Below, piece by piece: positions 58,256 through 64,000 of a DNA stretch of 64,000 nt. A program made the translations under genes and the position numbers. Below the pieces are notes generated by a model that searched no databases, was not told the origin of the DNA, and was given only the letters and a program-made list of their open reading frames with translations. Position 1 is the stretch's first letter, and each line of letters opens with the position of its first letter. Source of the DNA: Bdellovibrionales bacterium (GTDB taxonomy: Bacteria; Bdellovibrionota; Bdellovibrionia; Bdellovibrionales; UBA1609); NCBI GenBank assembly GCA_020628165.1, contig JAHDFM010000006.1, forward strand, positions 31,303-95,302. Reading direction: 5' to 3'.

Positions 58256-58476
58256 AAGAATTTATTTTTATAGCAAGAGTGATGATACTGACTGTTTTAA
58301 TTGTCGTTGTTTTGCAATTGAAGTGGGGCGAAGACACTTTAGAAACACGAGCGAGTTCTTTTGTAACAAACTCATCAACAGTAAAGATGATTAGAGAGTC
58401 TTCGCAAAAAATTGCAAGAATCATTAAAAAAAGTTTTGCCGAAAAACCAGAACCGGCTAAAGAGAATAATCAATAA
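58252..58476 (+). CDS. Small membrane protein
   Basis: ATGA overlap with the receiver gene. One TM helix. Confidence 0.5.
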   Translation: MKEFIFIARVMILTVLIVVVLQLKWGEDTLETRASSFVTNSSTVKMIRESSQKIARIIKKSFAEKPEPAKENNQ

Positions 58477-58499
58477 TCAATAATCAATAATCAATAATC
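58465..58499. repeat. Tandem heptamer (AATAATC) x5
   Basis: Five perfect units, counted directly. They span the stop codon of the 58252-58476 ORF and precede the hairpin aagtgg/ccactt. Confidence 0.95.
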
Positions 58500-58540
58500 A
58501 AGTGGCCAAGAAACCACTTGTTACTTTTATTGTAATAAAA

Positions 58541-58702
58541 TTATTTTTTAGTATCGCCGGTTGAACTCTTAACAGTAGTAGTGCTTGTTGGCGTTGAGTT
58601 ACCAGTTCTTTCTATACTGTTATTTTCAGCACAGTTCCCGCCACCAGCGATAGCAGTATTAGCAAAGAAAGCAATCATTATGATTAATGCTAAATGTTTC
58701 AT
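58541..58702 (-). CDS. Small secreted Thr/Ser-rich peptide (53 aa)
   Basis: An internal ATG with GGAGG 6 nt upstream gives MKHLALIIMIAFFANTAIAGGGNC... Confidence 0.5.
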   Translation of the reverse strand: MKHLALIIMIAFFANTAIAGGGNCAENNSIERTGNSTPTSTTTVKSSTGDTKK

Positions 58703-59535
58703 AAGGTCCTCCCTAATTTGATTCACTTTACATACATAGACATAGCGAGAAGCGTGCCAAATTGAGTGTCTCATTTTGAGATACTGATCATATAATTTCA
58801 ATAACTTACAATAACAGGGGTGTAGTCTGTTGTTGAACCCTTTTAGAAAAATAAGACAAAATTGCGCTTGTATAGAGTGTTTACAGTACCCTATTAGTTC
58901 ATATTGATTTTTAGAATTCAATCATACGATGGCAACAATTATTAAATATTAAGGAATTAAAAATTTAAGTAAATCAGAGTTGTAAATTTAATCTATTATT
59001 TTCTGAGAATTTAACTACTGAAGTACTTATAAAGACTTATTTCTAGGGTCAGCTTTTGATTATAATTGCTTAGTAGTGTTCCGTTCATTTAAACTTGTGT
59101 CTCGTTGGAGCTCTAAAGAAGTAAAGTAGCATTTAAAGATTCGAACGCCTAATAACTATGAGAAACTAAAGGCTTATCTTTTTATTTGAGATTGTTAATT
59201 ATAAGAAAATGGATAAAAGCTTTTAGAGTTAAGGAGTAATTGATGATTATAATTTTATATCTATTTTATAAAGTGTCTAAACATTAACTTTAACCCATCT
59301 GTTTTAACAGTTTAAATTATGTATCAATCTAAGATTATTATAAATGAAATTGGGTTTATGATCATTATATTAGGCAATTAGTTAATGTAAGATTATTAGT
59401 GTAAGAAAATGATACGTGTAAAAAACCAACACAAATGTTTCCATCTTGTCTCAAAAATAAAATATTTTTACAAAAACACGACTAAGTTACTGATCTTACA
59501 TTAAGTTTATGAATGGTCTTTAAATTGCTTAAAAC

Positions 59536-59556
59536 TTATTATTATTATTATTATTA
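59536..59556. repeat. Trinucleotide microsatellite (TTA) x7
   Basis: Seven units, counted directly. Ends about 8-10 nt upstream of the SD and about 22 nt upstream of the ATG at 59580. Confidence 0.95.
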
Positions 59557-59579
59557 TTTCCATCAAGGAGAAATTATAA

Positions 59580-60707
59580 ATGAAACTTAATAAAACTAAA
59601 AATATAATGATTGCGATCACTGGTTTATTACTTGTTGTCTCTTTCCAAAACTGTGGCAATAGTTTTGAAACAACCTCAGATCAAAACGAATCAATGACAG
59701 AATCATTTGCATTAGGTAGTGCAGAATTAGGAACTAACATTGAAAGCTCAACAAATGATGAAGATCGTGTTTCAGAAAAGTTATCTACTAATTTATACAG
59801 ACAATCTGCTTTAGAAGCGATTTACAGTTATACTCACCCTAATAAAGGTCCTGGAGCACTTTTGGTTGTGAGAAAAGGTCAAGCATTAAATGGCTCATTG
59901 GGCCCAGGCAAATATCTTGATCAATTTCGCGTTTCTTCTGACGATAGGTTTTTGTTTGTTTCAGCTTGTTCAAATCAAGCTCAGCCGAGATGTTATGTAT
60001 TTGTAGAAGCCCGACGCTTTAGACGCAATCAAGTTGTGAATTTTTCAGTTAGGGGAATTGCAACATCTCCTACAGGTGTTACATCGTTTGGTAACCACAC
60101 AAATAAAAAAACATACGCCTTTAACTATAGCTGTGCACAAGTTAACTCAAACTATTATTGTCCAGAAACTAATAATAGCGGACAAGTTGTACCACAGTTA
60201 GGTCATCATTTCCGTGCTGATGGTTTGTTTTTCATGTATTTAGGCTCAAATGGAAGTGGTCATAATTGTCGTTTAGCTAGAGATAAATTTGATCCTGCTA
60301 AAGAAATTCCACGCCCTTCAGATGTTGAGAGGCTTAGGTATCATGTCCCATGTAATAATTTATCTTATGATGTTGTTGGGACTGCTGGACTAGATAATAC
60401 CAGTTCTAGCTCTGTAGATAGTCCTACGACAATTCCAACAATTATTGGTGAAGGAGTTAAAAACTTAAGGTTCAAAAGATATGGACAATCGGGTGAAGTT
60501 TTTTGGGAAAATCCAGCTAATATTAAGTGGGTTCTTGTTGATTGTAGAGTTAATGGTGAAAAGTTCGCAAAATCTTTTGGTAATGGTGAAACTAGCTTTT
60601 ATATACCCAATTTAAAGTCTAATTTGGGCGGCTGGTGTGATGTAGCGACAGCTTACCAAGATGGAAGAAGAACAGAGGAGAAAAAAGTTTTAATTCCTGT
60701 CAGATAA
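59580..60707 (+). CDS. Hypothetical lipoprotein
   Basis: Lipobox FQNC and SD GGAG. 375 aa with several Cys pairs. Confidence 0.7.
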   Translation: MKLNKTKNIMIAITGLLLVVSFQNCGNSFETTSDQNESMTESFALGSAELGTNIESSTNDEDRVSEKLSTNLYRQSALEAIYSYTHPNKGPGALLVVRKGQALNGSLGPGKYLDQFRVSSDDRFLFVSACSNQAQPRCYVFVEARRFRRNQVVNFSVRGIATSPTGVTSFGNHTNKKTYAFNYSCAQVNSNYYCPETNNSGQVVPQLGHHFRADGLFFMYLGSNGSGHNCRLARDKFDPAKEIPRPSDVERLRYHVPCNNLSYDVVGTAGLDNTSSSSVDSPTTIPTIIGEGVKNLRFKRYGQSGEVFWENPANIKWVLVDCRVNGEKFAKSFGNGETSFYIPNLKSNLGGWCDVATAYQDGRRTEEKKVLIPVR

Positions 60708-60725
60708 TTTAAATGAAGTTTTATT

Positions 60726-60764
60726 TAGAGGTGAGCACTAATGAATATAGCTGCTTCACCTCTA
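60726..60764. terminator. Hairpin between convergent genes
   Basis: 9-bp stem tagaggtga/tcacctcta with a 21-nt loop. Confidence 0.45.
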
Positions 60765-60809
60765 ACGTCGTTAAGAGAGGTTACTATTAATATAGTTTCC
60801 ATAAAAAAT

Positions 60810-61094
60810 TTAAGATGGAATCTCAATAACCAAGCCAGCAATGACATGATTTTGACAAGCAAGTCGTTCGCTCGGAAGAAATCCGCGATCATCAGCCATC
60901 TCTTGTTCAATAGATTCACGTGATTCTAAAATCTCGTAGTTTTTAACAAAAACCCGGCAAGTTCCACAAGTACCAAACCCACCACATGAGTGGTTAATGT
61001 CGACTTTTTTTTTGATTAAAAAATCAAGCAGGCTGGTACTTTCTTGATCGATGGGTAAGTCTTTGTTGTTAACTGATATCGTTGAGCTTTTCAT
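60810..61094 (-). CDS. 2Fe-2S ferredoxin
   Basis: HSCGGFGTCGTCRV plus a downstream LACQ. Confidence 0.85.
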   Translation of the reverse strand: MKSSTISVNNKDLPIDQESTSLLDFLIKKKVDINHSCGGFGTCGTCRVFVKNYEILESRESIEQEMADDRGFLPSERLACQNHVIAGLVIEIPS

Positions 61095-61216
61095 GGTCTT
61101 TAGAATATTTCACTATTTCAGCTTTTAAACAAACGCTGAGCATAAAAAATGTTCTTTTTAATAACATCCTCAGTAAAGACTAGAGTTTTTAGGGAGATTT
61201 TACTAATCTTAAAATT

Positions 61217-61834
61217 ATGAGATTTATAGCTTTTGACTTAGAAACAACGGGGACCCTAGCGGGTGTGGATAGGATTGTAGAGATCGGAGCTGTGCGCTTT
61301 GAGCAGGGGCAGGTTGAAGGTGTTTACTCCACTCTTGTTGACCCCAAAATACCAATGCCTGAAGGTGCTTCTCGCGTGAACGGTATCACTGATGAGATGT
61401 TAGCAGGCAAACCAATCATCGAGGACTTGTTGCCGTCATTTGCAGACTTTTGTGGGTCAGATATTATCGTCGCTCACAATGCCAACTTTGACTATCAGTT
61501 TTTATTAGCCGCTGTGAAAAAGCATGAGTCTCCTGCCCCAAAAGGTGTGGTGATTGATACTTTGGCTCTAGCAAGAAAAATTATTCCTGGCTTACCTAAT
61601 TACAGGTTGGGAACTTTAGTGCAACATCTGGATATTCCAGCGGGGGAGTTTCATAGAGCCGAAGAGGATGCTTCTTATTGTGGTCAGTTATTTTTAAAAC
61701 TAATCAATAAAGTTTATGGTGGACATGAGCAACCTCCAGTTGAAAACTTGATTGCACTGACTGGAAAGCCAAGGTTAGATTTTCCACAAATCATTCCCCA
61801 GCCGAAGCAATTAGATTTATTTGCAGGCTTATAA
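61217..61834 (+). CDS. DEDDh 3'-5' exonuclease (DnaQ/epsilon-like)
   Basis: FDLETTG, AHNANFDYQFL, HRAEEDA. Confidence 0.9.
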   Translation: MRFIAFDLETTGTLAGVDRIVEIGAVRFEQGQVEGVYSTLVDPKIPMPEGASRVNGITDEMLAGKPIIEDLLPSFADFCGSDIIVAHNANFDYQFLLAAVKKHESPAPKGVVIDTLALARKIIPGLPNYRLGTLVQHLDIPAGEFHRAEEDASYCGQLFLKLINKVYGGHEQPPVENLIALTGKPRLDFPQIIPQPKQLDLFAGL

Positions 61835-61968
61835 GTTTTAAACTGTAAACAGTGCTTCATAAAATGTTATTTCATTTTTAAATCATTTTGTTCATTACAC
61901 TATGAGTAAAGCTGTAGCTATGAAAATATCAAAATAGGCTCATTTATTTAAAGTTTGAATCACTCAGA

Positions 61969-63576
61969 TTAATAAATCGCATTGTGAGCAATTGGCATTC
62001 TGCGACCTTGTCCAAAAGCGTGAGACGAAACTCGTAAAATTGGTGGCGCTTGCCAACGTTTGAACTCACTGCGATTGAGCATTTTTAAAACTCGTTTTTC
62101 GGTGGCAGTGCGTGCTGGTTTTTTGTCGACGACCAACTTATTAACAATTTTGTCGAGAGTTTCATAAGATGGCAGGCTATCGCTGTCTTTTTGATTAGGG
62201 CGAAGTTCAGCCGTTGGCGGGCGTGTGATGATTTGCCTTGGAATGAGTTCTTCATCTTTGTTGTAGTGTTCACAAAGTTTTACAACTTGTTGTTTAGTTA
62301 AGTCACCAATGGGTGAGATGCCCCCGCAAAGATCTCCGTAAAGAGTGCTGTAGCCAACGGCGAGTTCACTTTTATTGGACGTATTTATGAGCAAGCTATT
62401 TTTAAAGTTTGAAAAAGCCATAAGTATGTCACCCCTCAGGCGAGCTTGCATATTCTCGTGAACTAAGCCAAATGAAAGTTTGCCGAACTCTAACTCAAAG
62501 TCTTTCACTAAACTTTTATAACTGTTATTAAAGTTAACTTGATGAAAGGGTGTCCCTAAGTTACTAGCAAGTTTTTTTGCTAAGTTAAAACTGAGTTTTG
62601 AGCTATAGGGTCCTGGCAAAGCAATGCTAGTGACATTCTCAGCTCCGAGAGCATCAGCGGCTAAGCAGGCCACAAGTGCTGAATCAATACCTCCACTCAA
62701 ACCAAAGTGAGCCTTACTCATGCCTATTTTTTTACAAAAATCTTTTAACCCTAACACCAAAGCTTGCCTAAGTTCTTCGTATTCACTTGTTCTTTTAGTT
62801 CTCATCGGTTTTACTTGGTCGACCTCTATGTAGGAGAGGGCTTCTTTGAAATCTGGAAGTTGAGCGATGAGTTCTCCTTTTTTATTGAGGGCAAAGCTAC
62901 CACCATCAAAGATAATCTCATCCTGACCACCGACCTGGTTGACGTAAACGATTGGACTTTTAGTTTTAGCTATGCACTTGCGCGCAATTTTAAGACGAAG
63001 ACTGCTTTTTTTGAGACTGAACGGGGAGGCATTTAGAGCTAAAGTTATGTCGACCTTGCCTTTGAATTTGAGCAACGGGTTTTCTACATGTTGAAATGGG
63101 TTAAGCTCTTTCCAGGCCCATAAGTCTTCGCAGATGGCGATAAATATTTTTTTGTTACCAATTTTTAGAATATTTTTATTGAGATCTCCAGCTTCAAAGT
63201 GTCGTTCTTCATCAAAGACGTCATAAGTTGGTAACAGTTGCTTAGCGAAAGATTTTATAATTTTTTGATTGTGCACAACGATGGCTGAATTTAAATATCT
63301 TTTGCCTTTTCCCTTATTGTGGGTGATGGCTCCAAAGATAATATGTATCTTTGAGGGAAGTCTTTTTACGAGCTGATTTAAAACTTTTGTTTGTTCTTTA
63401 ACGACACTGTCACGTTCGAGGAGGTCAGCCGGAGTATAACCAAAAAGAGCGCATTCTGGGAAAAGAATAACATCACAATTGTTACTGACTGCTTCTTTTG
63501 AAAACTTTAAGATGTTAGCAGCATTGGTTTTAAAGTCACCTAGGTGGGTATTCAGTTGAGCCATAGCAATTTTCAT
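61969..63576 (-). CDS. nadE: Glutamine-dependent NAD+ synthetase
   Basis: N-terminal CN-hydrolase domain (FPECALFGY, ICEDLW) and C-terminal GLSGGIDSAL. Confidence 0.95.
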   Translation of the reverse strand: MKIAMAQLNTHLGDFKTNAANILKFSKEAVSNNCDVILFPECALFGYTPADLLERDSVVKEQTKVLNQLVKRLPSKIHIIFGAITHNKGKGKRYLNSAIVVHNQKIIKSFAKQLLPTYDVFDEERHFEAGDLNKNILKIGNKKIFIAICEDLWAWKELNPFQHVENPLLKFKGKVDITLALNASPFSLKKSSLRLKIARKCIAKTKSPIVYVNQVGGQDEIIFDGGSFALNKKGELIAQLPDFKEALSYIEVDQVKPMRTKRTSEYEELRQALVLGLKDFCKKIGMSKAHFGLSGGIDSALVACLAADALGAENVTSIALPGPYSSKLSFNLAKKLASNLGTPFHQVNFNNSYKSLVKDFELEFGKLSFGLVHENMQARLRGDILMAFSNFKNSLLINTSNKSELAVGYSTLYGDLCGGISPIGDLTKQQVVKLCEHYNKDEELIPRQIITRPPTAELRPNQKDSDSLPSYETLDKIVNKLVVDKKPARTATEKRVLKMLNRSEFKRWQAPPILRVSSHAFGQGRRMPIAHNAIY

Positions 63577-63744
63577 AATCTAAACCTTGGACTAAAATTA
63601 TAGAGTTTATATACATTTTTTTTGTTAAAAAATCATTTTAATTATTAGCAGAATGTGAGGCTTAGGTAGAGGCTTTTTATGAATGTTTTTAGATATTTAA
63701 TTTTTTAGTTTACTTGCTGATCCATGAAAATCTAAAATATCTAT

Positions 63745-64000
63745 ATGAAATTGCTATTGATCATTTTATTGCTTCCTGTTCACATACTAATGGCATCAAC
63801 TTTAACAGATCAGATCATTCCCGATGTAAAGCCACGGCCAAAAGATAATTTGACTGAAAAAGAGAAGAAAAAGCTCCTCCCTCTCTATGATTTGGGAGTG
63901 GCTTCGATCAGTTCTATTAATCCAGACTATCCAGGGTCCTCTGAATACCAATTCACTCCGATCATTGTCCCTGTATTTACCTACAGAGGGAAACACTTCC
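63745..64000 (+). CDS. MipA/OmpV-like outer-membrane protein, N-terminal fragment (continues past the window)
   Basis: ATG at 63745, signal peptide MKLLLIILLLPVHILMA, then LGVASISSINPDYPGSSEY...PVFTYRGKHF, which fits the MipA pattern. Not in the ORF track because no stop falls inside the window. Confidence 0.55.
   Translation, partial: MKLLLIILLLPVHILMASTLTDQIIPDVKPRPKDNLTEKEKKKLLPLYDLGVASISSINPDYPGSSEYQFTPIIVPVFTYRGKHF

Noticed and set aside
58465-58499. Possible CRISPR or other spaced-repeat array
   Set aside because: The units are 7 nt, contiguous and without spacers. No other repeat-spacer structure or cas gene was seen anywhere in the window.
60725-60923. Two overlapping 60-64-aa ORFs at the ferredoxin 3' end
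   Set aside because: They overlap the ferredoxin CDS and the inter-gene hairpin, with no SD or recognisable sequence.

Overview
Low-GC bacterial chromosomal segment, mostly housekeeping genes: ligA, gatCAB followed by a Ppx/GppA gene, rho-prfA-prmC-murA, serS, groES-groEL, gmhA, rmuC, nadE and four tRNAs. These are interleaved with many secreted, lipoprotein and outer-membrane proteins of unknown function. A small histone-fold protein, DUF1588/DUF1552 pairs and the abundance of exported hydrolases suggest a Bdellovibrio-like predatory bacterium; this is inference and no search was run. I saw no rRNA, CRISPR array, transposase, integrase or phage genes. Most worth a second look: (1) a 64-aa singlet histone-fold protein at 2073-2267; (2) five head-to-tail DnaA-box-like 9-mers at about 11-bp spacing beside a very AT-rich tract, upstream of rmuC (47450-47502); (3) a predicted outer-membrane barrel carrying two N-terminal CXXCH motifs, convergent with a DUF1588(CXXCH)/DUF1552(Tat) operon and next to a 4x4-cysteine repeat protein (29961-35577); (4) a GC-rich 108-nt hairpin followed by about 300 nt that is roughly 82% G+T on the + strand (21800-22235); (5) a 34-bp-arm inverted repeat (29078-29170); (6) two families of intergenic repeats; (7) a lipoprotein with LysM domains, polyproline tracts and a C-terminal membrane anchor, and a Rho with a roughly 145-aa disordered N-terminal extension. 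All family assignments rest on motifs read by eye and need HMM/BLAST confirmation.
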